Shown here: positions 9,732-19,727 of the stretch, one piece after another | How positions within the stretch are numbered: the first letter of the stretch is position 1 | How the letters are laid out: each line of letters starts with the position of its first letter | From: Eubacteriales bacterium | Lineage (GTDB): Bacteria; Bacillota; Clostridia; Oscillospirales; CAG-382 | Reading direction: 5' to 3' | Length of the DNA stretch: 64,000 bases | NCBI GenBank assembly: GCA_028705495.1 | Contig: JAQWDK010000001.1 | Location: 159,228 to 223,227 of the forward strand | Notes under the pieces: model-generated | The model's input: the letters and a program-made list of their open reading frames with translations, nothing else | Databases searched by the model: none | What the model was told of the DNA's origin: nothing | Program-made: the position numbers and the translations under genes

Positions 9732-9966
9732 ATGAGTTTTAAAGGTATAAACATAAAACCATTTTATAAAAAAGTATGGCTCAGCTCCCCGACGATGCAC
9801 GGCTCTGAGCTTGAATATATACCCGAAAATTTTCCTACAAATTGGACGAATCGTGTACAAAAATATAATCGAAATAGAGCGGTTAGTCGCTGACAGGGTG
9901 GGCTGTAGGTATGCAGTGGCTTTAACTTGTGCGACTGCCGCTCTTCATCTTGCAATATCAAATTAA
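9732..9966 (+). pseudogene. DegT/DnrJ/EryC1-type sugar aminotransferase fragment (frameshifted, truncated)
   Basis: Frame 1 gives MSFKGINIKPFYKKVWLSSPTMHGSELEYIPENFPTNW and stops at 9893. A second frame gives IIEIERLVADRVGCRYAVALTCATAALHLAISN* ending at 9966. Only about 80 of about 380 aa are present. Confidence 0.7.
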
Positions 9967-10440
9967 TCGCAAACTACAATAGAATCGCTTTTGTTGGGCT
10001 AATGTTGCTATTCGTCAAAATTGCTATACAACATATAGTATAAAACAAGGACGCTCACCACTATATGTTGTAAAAAGGTACGGAAACGGAAGAACGTTAA
10101 TCTAATATCTTATATTAGTTAATATTAGTTAAATAAATTGAAACTTTGTTTTGTGAAATATGACCAATGTATTAACAATTAACCATATGTTGACATTTTG
10201 TTGAAGCAATGTTGAAGATTTGAATGCTTCTGTTATGTAAACGAAAAAGCCTTATATATCAATGATATTTAAACATTTAACCCACATATCACACAGTTAT
10301 ATTAGCCGCTTTTTGACTAATTTTATTGCAAAAATATCAATATTAGTGATGAGGATATGTTCCTAACAAAAATAATATCTGTTATGTTATTATCTTTACC
10401 TCATCATAGTGTATATGCTTTAAAATCAAAGTTACATATA

Positions 10441-10481
10441 AAAACCCACAAAAAAAGAGCCACAGCATTAAGCTGCAGCCC
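10441..10481 (-). terminator. Rho-independent terminator (minus strand)
   Basis: The minus-strand RNA ggctgcagc-ttaat-gctgtggct pairs only with G-U wobbles on that strand and is followed by a T-run. It lies just downstream of the 10497 stop. Confidence 0.45.
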
Positions 10482-10496
10482 TAAAATAAAGTTGAG

Positions 10497-10832
10497 TTAA
10501 GCAGGACCAATATATTTTGTATGGAGTATAGGGTGCTTCGGAGCATCTGTGTAGGTAATTGAAGTGCACCTATATGTGCCGTCGGCATCAGTAATGATAC
10601 ATCCTGGCTCGAGAATAAGACGGCATTGCTGGATTTCACGCTTTGTCTTTTCCAGAGTGAATATTGTGTCCATGGTGTCCAAATCTCCGTCATAAATCGA
10701 GTAAGACTTCTTTGATGAGAAAGCTTTTTTAACAACCTCACGCTTTCCGCTTTTTATAGCAGTGCAATCCACCATGATAGATGTGTAGTCTGATTTATGA
10801 GACGTTGGCAAAATGGTTTGATGGTTTATCAT
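10497..10832 (-). CDS. Hypothetical protein
   Basis: A 111-aa ORF with a terminator downstream and GGAGGA before the ATG. I recognise no family. Confidence 0.45.
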   Translation of the reverse strand: MINHQTILPTSHKSDYTSIMVDCTAIKSGKREVVKKAFSSKKSYSIYDGDLDTMDTIFTLEKTKREIQQCRLILEPGCIITDADGTYRCTSITYTDAPKHPILHTKYIGPA

Positions 10833-11013
10833 TGGAGATCCTCCGTTTTTGATTTAATCATTCAAGCAATTACCTGTTATGAAAAATAATCGCCAAACAA
10901 TTATTTACGATTATATTATACTCATTTAACGACTACTAGTCAAGTTATAATAGGGGTTACTATAGATATATATGCTTATTTACTGACAATCTGACTGTTA
11001 ACGAGGTGACGAT

Positions 11014-11427
11014 GTGGCGACGTTTCATGAGAGACTAAAAGAGCTAAGAAAAGAAAAAGGACTTAACCAGGAAGAGCTGGCTGAAGCCTTGAATGTCACA
11101 AAGGGAACAGTATCGGTTTGGGAGAGAGGCGTAAGAAAACCAGACATTAAAACATTAGAAGAGACAGCCATATATTTTGAAGTTACAATGGCCTACCTTC
11201 TCGGAATTGATGATGCCCGTGATGAGACAGATCGTGTGGAATGGGGCGAAGATGCATTTGAGGAAGAAGAGCTTGAGGATATTGTTTTAATGCTTACAAG
11301 ACTCAGTCGATCTTCAAGGCGTATTATAGAAGGTACAATTAAAGCAGCTTATGATTTAGATAAAGAAAATGGTCAGCTTAAGCCTAAAGGAATTTTTGAT
11401 GTTTTGATCAAGAAACGAGTTGACTGA
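11014..11427 (+). CDS. XRE-family HTH transcriptional regulator
   Basis: RLKELRKEKGLNQEELAEALNVTKGTVSVWERGVRKP is the classic Cro/CI-type HTH. The start is GTG after GAGGTGA. Confidence 0.8.
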   Translation: MATFHERLKELRKEKGLNQEELAEALNVTKGTVSVWERGVRKPDIKTLEETAIYFEVTMAYLLGIDDARDETDRVEWGEDAFEEEELEDIVLMLTRLSRSSRRIIEGTIKAAYDLDKENGQLKPKGIFDVLIKKRVD

Positions 11428-11492
11428 CGAGTAGGATGAGCAAGTGTTTTGTATTACAAAGCTATTTTTGTTACTTTTTGACCGAAGTTTAC

Positions 11493-11816
11493 TATAAGTT
11501 ATTTAGACTAATATCAGTGAGGTTTTTTATGTACAAAGCTTTTTTCAAACGTTTTTTTGATATAGTCTTTTCTTTTTCTAGCATAGTCCTGCTGTCATGG
11601 TTGCTTATCTTTATATCATTAGCAATTATTATTGACGATCCGGGCCCTGTTATTTTCAAGCAGAGACGAGTAGGAAAAGGCAAGAAGCTGTTTATGATTT
11701 GGAAGTTTCGCAGCATGAAAATGAGCACTCCGCATGATTTACCAACACATATGCTCAAAAACCCTGAGCAGTACATAACAAAGGTTGGAAAGTTTTTGCG
11801 TAAGACTTCTCTTGCT
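11493..11816 (+). repeat. Diverged direct repeat, copy 1 (5' region of sugar-transferase gene plus about 35 nt of leader)
   Basis: Aligns colinearly with 12032-12356, with many scattered substitutions (roughly mid-80s % identity by eye, not computed). Confidence 0.8.
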
Positions 11817-11819
11817 TGA
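11529..11819 (+). pseudogene. Truncated duplicate of priming sugar phosphotransferase
   Basis: MYKAFFKRFFDIVFS...FMIWKFRSMKMSTPHDLPTHMLKNPEQYITKVGKFLRKTSLA* ends where the intact paralog continues LDELPQ. It lacks the catalytic C-terminal half. Confidence 0.75.
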
Positions 11820-12031
11820 GTAATAATAGGGACAAAAACCTGAAAAGCCTTATGTGTCAATGGTTTTCGAGCATTTTTATAGGTTCATAAAATCTCACAA
11901 ATGTATTTATGAGTCAATAATAGTCCTTGAAGGCGAGTGAACATCTATTTGAAAATCGTCAATTTACTGTTGTAGGCGTGAATCTAATGCGGTTGTTTTA
12001 TGTGAGAAAGAACGGTATAACCGATATTTTC

Positions 12032-12356
12032 GATAAGTTTATTAGACTAATATCAAAGAGGTATCTTTTATGTACAAAACTTTTTTTAAACGCTTTATTG
12101 ATATAGTCTTATCGTTCTCTGGTATTGTTCTGCTATCTTGGCTGCTTGTCCTTATATCTTTAGCAATCATAATTGACGATCCGGGGCCTGTCTTGTTCAA
12201 GCAAAAACGAGTAGGAAAAGGCAAGAAGCTGTTTAAAATCTGGAAGTTCCGTAGCATGAAAATGAGCACGCCACACGATGTACCAACACATATGCTTAAG
12301 AACCCTGAGCAATACATAACAAAAATAGGTAGGTTTTTGCGTAGGACTTCACTTGA
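12032..12356 (+). repeat. Diverged direct repeat, copy 2
   Basis: Partner of 11493-11816. It covers the leader and the first roughly 95 codons of the intact transferase gene. Confidence 0.8.
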
Positions 12357-12714
12357 CGAGCTGCCGCAAATTTTTAATATATTGACTGGCCAAATGAGCA
12401 TTATCGGGCCAAGGCCTGCATTATGGAATCAAGACGACCTCGTCGCCGAGCGCGATAAATATGGCGCGAACGATGTACGCCCCGGGCTGTCAGGCTGGGC
12501 TCAAATCAATGGTCGTGATGAGCTGGAGATACCAGTAAAAGCAAGACTAGACGGTGAGTATGTTTTCAAAATGAGCTTATCAATGGACTTAAAATGCTTC
12601 TGGGGCACAGTCGTTAAAGTGCTAAAACACGATGGTGTCGTAGAAGGCGGAACTGGTGTGTTGGAGAAACATGAAGTGAAGCCCGTCGAAGAAAAACAAG
12701 AGGTTTTTAAATGA
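12070..12714 (+). CDS. Small monotopic phosphoglycosyl (priming 'bacterial sugar') transferase, CapM/PglC-like
   Basis: One N-terminal TM; motifs FKIWKFRSMK, LRRTSLDELPQIFNIL, IIGPRP and PGLSGWAQING. Confidence 0.85.
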   Translation: MYKTFFKRFIDIVLSFSGIVLLSWLLVLISLAIIIDDPGPVLFKQKRVGKGKKLFKIWKFRSMKMSTPHDVPTHMLKNPEQYITKIGRFLRRTSLDELPQIFNILTGQMSIIGPRPALWNQDDLVAERDKYGANDVRPGLSGWAQINGRDELEIPVKARLDGEYVFKMSLSMDLKCFWGTVVKVLKHDGVVEGGTGVLEKHEVKPVEEKQEVFK

Positions 12715-13589
12715 AAAAAATTCTCATAACGGGAGCCAACAGCTATATTGGCACTTCGTTTGAAAATTACATAAAGACTAATCACCCCAGTGAATACCTA
12801 GTTGACACAATTGATATGGTAGATGGCACTTGGCGTGAAAAAAGCTTTACCGGATATGATACGGTGTTCCATGTAGCAGGGATAGCGCATTCAGATACAG
12901 GTAAAGTAAGTGATGAACGCAAGGCATTATATTATAAGGTTAACACAGAGCTAACGATTGAAACAGCAAAAAAAGCAAAAGCTGACGGTGTCAAGCAATT
13001 CATATTTATGAGTAGCGCAATCGTTTATGGAGACAGCGCACCAATAGGCAAACAAAAAGTAATAACAAAAGACACTGTTCCGAAACCGTCAAATTTTTAC
13101 GGTGACAGTAAGTTACAAGCAGAGAACGGCATATTGCCATTACAGAGTGATAGTTTTAATGTTGTAGTGCTACGTCCGCCAATGATTTATGGAAAAGGTT
13201 GTAAAGGAAATTACCAAGTACTTGTAAAGCTAGCTTTAAAACTTCCTGTTTTCCCTTATGTAAAAAACGAGCGTTCAATGCTTTATATAAAAAACTTGTG
13301 TGAGTTTGTGTGGCTTATGGTGGAAAATGACGAGCAAGGTATCTTTTGGCCACAAAATGCGGAGTACAGCAATACTTCTGAAATGGTCAAGATGATAGCC
13401 GAAGCACATGGCAAGAAAGTCAAGCTTGTTAAAGGTTTCACATGGTTATTCATTATAACGAGTCGTTTTACAGGCTTGGTCAACAAAGCTTTCGGGAATT
13501 TAACATACGATACAAATTTAAACTATAACATTATAAATTTATACAATCTAAAAAAGAGTATAGAGTTAACGGAGAGGCTTAATGGGTAA
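12711..13589 (+). CDS. NAD-dependent sugar epimerase/reductase (SDR), CapN-like
   Basis: Rossmann motif ILITGANSYIGTS and catalytic YGDSKLQAE (YxxxK). The start overlaps the upstream stop. Confidence 0.8.
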   Translation: MKKILITGANSYIGTSFENYIKTNHPSEYLVDTIDMVDGTWREKSFTGYDTVFHVAGIAHSDTGKVSDERKALYYKVNTELTIETAKKAKADGVKQFIFMSSAIVYGDSAPIGKQKVITKDTVPKPSNFYGDSKLQAENGILPLQSDSFNVVVLRPPMIYGKGCKGNYQVLVKLALKLPVFPYVKNERSMLYIKNLCEFVWLMVENDEQGIFWPQNAEYSNTSEMVKMIAEAHGKKVKLVKGFTWLFIITSRFTGLVNKAFGNLTYDTNLNYNIINLYNLKKSIELTERLNG

Positions 13590-14784
13590 GCACATTCTTG
13601 TTATTAGCCAGTATTTTTATCCAGAAACATTTCGTATAAACGATATCGCAAACGAGTGGGTTAAAAGAGGTTATAATGTTACTGTTTTAACTGGAATACC
13701 AAATTATCCTGAAGGCAAATTTTATAAAGACTATAGCTGTTTTAGAAATAACCGCGAGACATGGAATGGTATTGATATTATAAGAATACCGTTAATTCCA
13801 AGAGGAAACAACTCAATTAGTTTGGTACTTAACTATCTTTCGTTTGTAGTTTCAGGCTTCTTTTGGAAGTGCTTTACTCGAATTAAAGCTGATTTTGTGT
13901 TTATATTTGAAGTATCTCCTATGACCCAAGCATTGCCAGGTGTTTGGTATGCTAAGAAAAGAAAAATACCGTGCTATATATATGTGCAAGACCTTTGGCC
14001 AGAAAACGTTCAAATAGCTGCAGGGATTAACAACCAAAAAATACTTAACGCAATCGGTATAATGGTTGATTACATATATAAACGCTGCACGAAAATATTC
14101 GTTACGTCTCAAAGCTTTGCTAAAGCTGTAAAAGCGAGAGGCGTTGAAGAAGATAAAGTAATATACTGGCCACAATATGCTGAAGATTTTTATAAACCTA
14201 ATGCAGATAAATCAAAGCTGATACCTGATGACGGAATAATAAACATAACGTTTACAGGCAACATCGGAACAGCACAAGGATTAGATATTCTTCCTGAAAC
14301 TGCAGCGGAATTAAAGAGACAAGGTATCAGGGTAAAGTTTAATATAATTGGGGACGGAAGAAATAAAAAAAATCTGATAACACAAATTAATAAAAAGCAA
14401 GTTGATGATTATTTTAACTTGGTTGGCTGGCAACCGGCAGAGGACATCCCTTCGATTCTATCCGCAAGTGATGCAGCTTTTCTTTCTTTTGCCGACAACC
14501 CACTATACTCAATGACTATACCTGCTAAGTTACAATCTTATATGGCTTGTGGAATACCGATTATTGGCTCGGTATCTGGTGAGTCTGAAAAGATTATAAA
14601 TGAATCTAACTGCGGGATTGTTTGTCAGCTCGGCGATTACCATGCTCTTGCTAACGCTATTAAGCAGTTTATTGAGATAGGTCAAGAAACAAAACAGCAA
14701 ATGAGTAAAAATGCTGAATGCTATACAAAGCTCCATTTTAGCAAAGACAAACAGATAAATTTTATCGATGATTATTTTATATGA
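13582..14784 (+). CDS. GT4 glycosyltransferase, WbuB/CapL-like (candidate L-FucNAc transferase)
   Basis: The N-terminus ILVISQYFYPETFRINDIANEW is characteristic of the WbuB/WcaI-like group. At 400 aa it matches CapL in size. Confidence 0.75.
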   Translation: MGKHILVISQYFYPETFRINDIANEWVKRGYNVTVLTGIPNYPEGKFYKDYSCFRNNRETWNGIDIIRIPLIPRGNNSISLVLNYLSFVVSGFFWKCFTRIKADFVFIFEVSPMTQALPGVWYAKKRKIPCYIYVQDLWPENVQIAAGINNQKILNAIGIMVDYIYKRCTKIFVTSQSFAKAVKARGVEEDKVIYWPQYAEDFYKPNADKSKLIPDDGIINITFTGNIGTAQGLDILPETAAELKRQGIRVKFNIIGDGRNKKNLITQINKKQVDDYFNLVGWQPAEDIPSILSASDAAFLSFADNPLYSMTIPAKLQSYMACGIPIIGSVSGESEKIINESNCGIVCQLGDYHALANAIKQFIEIGQETKQQMSKNAECYTKLHFSKDKQINFIDDYFI

Positions 14785-14793
14785 GGTAAAAAT

Positions 14794-15945
14794 ATGGGAA
14801 GGTATTTAAATAATACAAAACGTGAGTTTCAAAGATGTGTAAATTGTGTGATGGACACGACCGATTCAAAAATCGTATTTGATGATAATGGCGTTTGCGA
14901 TTTTTGTAATGATTATAAAGAAAACATACTTCCCCATTGGAATCCATCAAATGATAATTCAGAGCTTGAAATAGTAGCTGAAAAGATAAGACAAGCTGGT
15001 AAAGGTAAAAAGTACGATTGTATAATAGGGCTTAGTGGCGGAGTTGATAGTTCATATCTTTGTTATATAGCTAAAATCAAAATGAAGTTACGCCCTTTGG
15101 TTTTCGTTGTTGATACTGGGTGGAATCTAAATGTAGCGGTTGAAAACATAGAGAAGATTGTAAAAAAACTGGATCTCGACATGTATACAGAAGTTGTAAA
15201 CTGGAATGAAATGAGAGATTTACAACTTGCATTTTTCAAAGCACAGGTTCCATATCAAGATTTACCTCAAGATCATGCGATTTTTGCTGCTCTATATAAT
15301 TATGCTGTAAAAAACGGTATTCAATATGTATTAACAGGTGCTAATAACTCAACAGAATGTATACGTCCTCCAGTTGAATGGGTTTATCAAAACGATATTA
15401 CATTTATCAAAGATGTACACAAGAAATTCGGAAAAATCAAACTAAAGACATTCCCTCTTTGCGGAATGATTAAATATCGACTTTTCTATCCATACATTAA
15501 CGGTATGAAGCGTGTAGCTCCGTTGAACATGGTTACTTATGATTATGATAAAGTAAAAGCTTTTTTACAGGACTATTTTGATTGGCATCCATATGAAAAT
15601 AAACATTACGAAAATGTCTTTACACGCTTTTACGAAGGTTATTATCTACCACATAAGTTCGGTTATGATAAGCGAAAATGCTATTTATCAAACATGATAT
15701 TAACGGAGAATATGACTCGTGATGAAGCTTTAAAGGAACTCGAAAAAAATCCTTATTCAAATGATTTGATACAAGAAGATAAAGAATACATTGCGAAAAA
15801 ACTTGGTGTATCAATTGATGAATTTGAAAATCTTATCAATGGAGAAAACAAAACTTTTGAAGATTATAAAAATTCTTTTAAAGTCATACAGTTCGGGACA
15901 AAAGTTTTAAGATCATTATCTATAGAGAAGAAAAAATTTAGATAA
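14794..15945 (+). CDS. N-acetyl sugar amidotransferase (PP-loop ATPase), WbpG/WbuX-like
   Basis: N-terminal Cys cluster CVNCVM...CDFC and PP-loop GLSGGVDSSY. It is followed by HisH/HisF paralogs. Confidence 0.8.
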   Translation: MGRYLNNTKREFQRCVNCVMDTTDSKIVFDDNGVCDFCNDYKENILPHWNPSNDNSELEIVAEKIRQAGKGKKYDCIIGLSGGVDSSYLCYIAKIKMKLRPLVFVVDTGWNLNVAVENIEKIVKKLDLDMYTEVVNWNEMRDLQLAFFKAQVPYQDLPQDHAIFAALYNYAVKNGIQYVLTGANNSTECIRPPVEWVYQNDITFIKDVHKKFGKIKLKTFPLCGMIKYRLFYPYINGMKRVAPLNMVTYDYDKVKAFLQDYFDWHPYENKHYENVFTRFYEGYYLPHKFGYDKRKCYLSNMILTENMTRDEALKELEKNPYSNDLIQEDKEYIAKKLGVSIDEFENLINGENKTFEDYKNSFKVIQFGTKVLRSLSIEKKKFR

Positions 15946-15961
15946 TAAGGATTATACAATT

Positions 15962-16588
15962 TTGACAGTTATTCTTGATTATGATATGGGTAACGTTTGT
16001 TCAATACAAAACATGTTAAAAAAAATTGGTGAGAAAGCTATTATTAGCCGTAACCCTGATATTATAACAAATGCAGACAAACTTATTTTGCCGGGTGTTG
16101 GCAGTTATGATATGGGAATGGAACAATTGAAACAATTTAATTTAATAGAACAAATAAAAATCCATGCTATTGATAAACAAAAACCTATACTTGGTATTTG
16201 TCTGGGTATGCAACTGTTGGGTAGAAGAAGTGAAGAAGGAAACAAGCAAGGATTAAGTTTGATACCATTTGATGTTGTGAAGTTTAACTTTGATTGTATT
16301 AATGTTGAAGAAAAAGGGTTAAAAATACCACACATGGGGTGGGATTATACACAAAATACATTTGATGATGTACTTACAGATAATCTCGACGAAAGACAGC
16401 GATACTATTTTGTCCATTCCTATTACGCAATGTGTGATGATACGGAGAATTCATTAATGTCATGTAAATATGGGTATCTATTTACTGCAGCAGTCAAAAA
16501 AGGTCGTATTTATGGGGTTCAATTTCATCCTGAAAAAAGCCATAACTTTGGGATGAAACTTCTTCAAAATTTTGTACAGAGGGTATAA
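15962..16588 (+). CDS. Glutamine amidotransferase, HisH paralog (WbuY-like)
   Basis: DYDMGNVCSI, nucleophile elbow GICLGMQLL, and VQFHPEKS. Confidence 0.85.
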   Translation: MTVILDYDMGNVCSIQNMLKKIGEKAIISRNPDIITNADKLILPGVGSYDMGMEQLKQFNLIEQIKIHAIDKQKPILGICLGMQLLGRRSEEGNKQGLSLIPFDVVKFNFDCINVEEKGLKIPHMGWDYTQNTFDDVLTDNLDERQRYYFVHSYYAMCDDTENSLMSCKYGYLFTAAVKKGRIYGVQFHPEKSHNFGMKLLQNFVQRV

Positions 16589-16590
16589 AA

Positions 16591-17379
16591 ATGTATCATA
16601 GACCTAGAATCATACCCCTTCTTTTAATTTCAAATCGTGATCTTGTAAAAACAATAAAATTTGCTAATCCACGATATATAGGTGACCCAATTAATTCAGT
16701 TAAGATTTTCAACGGTAAAGGTGTTGATGAACTTTGCGTACTTAATATAACTGCATCCAAAGAAAATAGAACACCCGATTTTGAATATTTAAAAGACATT
16801 GCCGGTGAAGCATTCATGCCACTTAGTTATGGTGGTGGAATTACTGATATAGAACAGATCAAAAAGATATTCCATATGGGGTATGAAAAAGTCGTAATAA
16901 ATACAGCGTTTTATTCCAAACCAAAACTTATCAATGAAGCAGCTCGATATGCAGGTAGTCAAAGTGTTGTTGTATCAATTGATGTTAAAACTGATATCTT
17001 CGGTAAAAAACGTTGCTTCTCAACAGATGGAACCATAAAAACAAAGCTTTTACCTATTGAGGCTGCACTGTTGGCTGAGACCCTTGGTGCAGGTGAATTA
17101 ATCGTAAATTCTGTAAATAATGATGGAGCTATGTGTGGATATGATATTGAACTTATAAGAAGTATAGCAGAAGCTGTTTCTATTCCAGTTACAGCTTGTG
17201 GTGGTGCTAAAGATATCACCGATCTTAAAAAAGTTTTAACTGAAGGTAAAGCGCATGCAGCTGCAGCTGGTAGTATGTTTGTATATTACGGAAGAGAAAA
17301 TGCTGTACTTATTACCGTTCCAAGTGAAAATGATTTAATAGATTCGGGATTTTATAGAAGAGAAGGGAGTCAGCAATAA
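16591..17379 (+). CDS. HisF-like cyclase-fold subunit (WbuZ-like)
   Basis: RIIPLLLISNRDLVKT and GAGELIVNSVNNDGAMCGYD are typical HisF/HisA barrel motifs. Confidence 0.85.
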   Translation: MYHRPRIIPLLLISNRDLVKTIKFANPRYIGDPINSVKIFNGKGVDELCVLNITASKENRTPDFEYLKDIAGEAFMPLSYGGGITDIEQIKKIFHMGYEKVVINTAFYSKPKLINEAARYAGSQSVVVSIDVKTDIFGKKRCFSTDGTIKTKLLPIEAALLAETLGAGELIVNSVNNDGAMCGYDIELIRSIAEAVSIPVTACGGAKDITDLKKVLTEGKAHAAAAGSMFVYYGRENAVLITVPSENDLIDSGFYRREGSQQ

Positions 17380-17404
17380 TTAAAAATTTATTGTTGGACA
17401 AAAA

Positions 17405-18496
17405 ATGAAGGTATGTATATTAAGTTTGGTTGAAATGAAACATATGGTAATGTCTTCTATTTATACTGATTATTTTCATCGTAATGGTATTCAATATGAT
17501 ATTGTATATTTAGACAGGTATAACTTAGAAGAAAATAGTAAAGCTCAGACAATATATCGTTGTATTTGCTCAAAGTACGGATTTTGGTCAAAGATATATG
17601 GATACATAAAATTTAAATTGTATGCTCAACAAATTTTACAAAAAAATAAATATGATTTTGTTGTTGTTTGGAACGAGTATACATCTGTTTTATTTTCGCA
17701 TTATTTAGTAAAACATTATCACCAAAAATATTCCGTTAATATACGAGATCTATTTAACGAAAAAAGTATTATTCGTAATCCAAAAATTCTTAATCCATTA
17801 TTAAAACAAGCTATAAAAAATTCGTTATTCGTGACAGTATCTTCTGGTAAATACATAGACTATCTTCCAAAATATAACAACTATCATTTTATTCATAGCA
17901 TAAACAGCGAAATACTTCCAAAAGCTAAATTATATTCGGTTCAAGGCAATATAAAGCCAATAAAAATTTTATACATTGGTAAGATAGGTTATTTAAATGA
18001 AGTGAAACGCCTGATTGATTGCTTGAAAAATGATGATAGATTTCTCATGAAGTTTGTTGGTATAGGCTCAGAAATAGTTAAGACTTATGCTGATGATTGT
18101 GGATGTAAGAACGTAGAGTTCGTTGGATCATTTGAGCGGCAAAAAACACTTGAATATCTTAACGAAGCCGATATAATATATAATCTTTATAACCCAACTA
18201 ACGCATGCGAACGGACTGCATTATCAAATAAACTCTACTATGCAGTATGTTTGAATGTTCCGATTCTTGTATTCAAGAATACATATATGTATGAAATTGC
18301 CGAAGAATGTGGCATTGCTTTTGCAGTTGATGGTAGGTTTGATAACTCATTGGGTAACGAACTTTACAGATGGTTTGAACAATTTGACAGGAAAAGTGCT
18401 CAAAAAAAATGTGAGTCTTTTTTAACAAAAGCTAAAGAAAGTAAGATTATATTTTACAACTACCTTGACAATAAGCTTTTGAAGGAGAAAAAATGA
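17405..18496 (+). CDS. Putative glycosyltransferase (GT-B, family unclear)
   Basis: The C-terminal half (KILYIGKIGYLNE...FVGSFERQKTLEYLNEADIIYNLY...SNKLYYAVCLNVPILV) looks like a GT4-type donor-binding domain. The call is supported by context. Confidence 0.5.
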   Translation: MKVCILSLVEMKHMVMSSIYTDYFHRNGIQYDIVYLDRYNLEENSKAQTIYRCICSKYGFWSKIYGYIKFKLYAQQILQKNKYDFVVVWNEYTSVLFSHYLVKHYHQKYSVNIRDLFNEKSIIRNPKILNPLLKQAIKNSLFVTVSSGKYIDYLPKYNNYHFIHSINSEILPKAKLYSVQGNIKPIKILYIGKIGYLNEVKRLIDCLKNDDRFLMKFVGIGSEIVKTYADDCGCKNVEFVGSFERQKTLEYLNEADIIYNLYNPTNACERTALSNKLYYAVCLNVPILVFKNTYMYEIAEECGIAFAVDGRFDNSLGNELYRWFEQFDRKSAQKKCESFLTKAKESKIIFYNYLDNKLLKEKK

Positions 18497-19713
18497 TTAA
18501 TGTAATTGGACTTGGTTATATAGGACTTCCTACAGCATTAATGCTGGCTACTCATGGTGTAGAAGTTATTGGAACAGACTACAATAGAGAGCTTATTGCA
18601 ACGCTTAACGCTGGTAAAACAACCTTCAAAGAAAAAGGGTTGGACGAGCTATTTTGTGCTGCGCTCAAGTCTGGCATAAGGTTTAACACTGAATATCAAG
18701 TTACAGACACATACATAATATCAGTTCCTACTCCATACGATAAATTCAGTAAAAAAGTTGATGCTAGTTATATAGTCGCTGCAGTAAAGAGTGTGTTGGA
18801 TATATGTCCAAAAGGAGCAACCATCATTATCGAGTCAACCGTTTCTCCTGGCACTATAGATAAATATATCCGCCCGGTGATCAAGTCGAACGGTTTTATA
18901 ATCGGTGAAGACATTAATCTTGTTCACGCCCCGGAGCGTATTATCCCTGGCAATATGGTTTATGAGTTGCTACACAACAACCGTACAATTGGCGCAGATG
19001 ACCGTGAGATTGGCGAGAAGATAAAAAAAATTTATGCATCTTTTTGCCAAGGGGAAATCGTTGTGACCGATATCCGCACAGCAGAAATGACAAAGGTCGT
19101 CGAAAACACCTACCGTGCTGTAAATATAGCTTTTGCCAACGAGCTTGCAAAGATCTGCCGTCAAGCCAGTATGAACGTTTACGAAATAATAAAAATTTGC
19201 AATATGCATCCACGCGTAAATATCCTTCAGCCTGGTCCTGGTGTCGGTGGTCATTGTATTTCTGTTGACCCGTGGTTTCTTGTAGGAGATTATCCTTCGC
19301 TTGCAAAGGTTATAGACGAATCAATGAAGACAAATGATGCAATGCCGGATTTCGTTCTTAACCGCATTTATGACATTATGAAAAAAAATAAAATGACAGA
19401 CATCAAACGGATCGGTTTGTATGGACTTACCTACAAAGAAAATGTCGATGATATGCGCGAATCACCCACTTTGCAACTTCTTGAGACTCAGGAACGCCAT
19501 CTTGCTGAACCATTAAAGGTGTATGACCCGTTTATCGAACATGATGTTGTAAAAAATCAATATCATGAATTGGACAAGTTTCTTGCCGATGTTGATCTTG
19601 TAGTTATTATGGTGAAACATAACGAAATTCGTCAAAACATGGACAAACTTAAAGGCAAACTTGTTCTTGACTGCCAAAATATTTGTGAATTACCCGGCGT
19701 GTATCATATTTAA
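18493..19713 (+). CDS. wecC: UDP-N-acetyl-D-mannosamine dehydrogenase-type nucleotide-sugar dehydrogenase
   Basis: INVIGLGYIGLPTALMLA Rossmann motif and catalytic-Cys region PGPGVGGHCISVDP. It is paired in the locus with a WecB-type epimerase. Confidence 0.75.
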   Translation: MINVIGLGYIGLPTALMLATHGVEVIGTDYNRELIATLNAGKTTFKEKGLDELFCAALKSGIRFNTEYQVTDTYIISVPTPYDKFSKKVDASYIVAAVKSVLDICPKGATIIIESTVSPGTIDKYIRPVIKSNGFIIGEDINLVHAPERIIPGNMVYELLHNNRTIGADDREIGEKIKKIYASFCQGEIVVTDIRTAEMTKVVENTYRAVNIAFANELAKICRQASMNVYEIIKICNMHPRVNILQPGPGVGGHCISVDPWFLVGDYPSLAKVIDESMKTNDAMPDFVLNRIYDIMKKNKMTDIKRIGLYGLTYKENVDDMRESPTLQLLETQERHLAEPLKVYDPFIEHDVVKNQYHELDKFLADVDLVVIMVKHNEIRQNMDKLKGKLVLDCQNICELPGVYHI

Positions 19714-19727
19714 GAGTAGGATTAATA

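Noticed and set aside
11820-12031. The spacer between the two sugar-transferase copies, examined as a possible remnant gene or IS end.
   Set aside because: I could recognise no open frame, terminal inverted repeats or protein similarity. It is left unannotated.
15962-17379. HisH/HisF homologs read as histidine-biosynthesis genes.
   Set aside because: No other his genes are nearby. They directly follow a WbpG-type PP-loop amidotransferase inside a polysaccharide locus, which is the known paralogous arrangement for sugar amidination.
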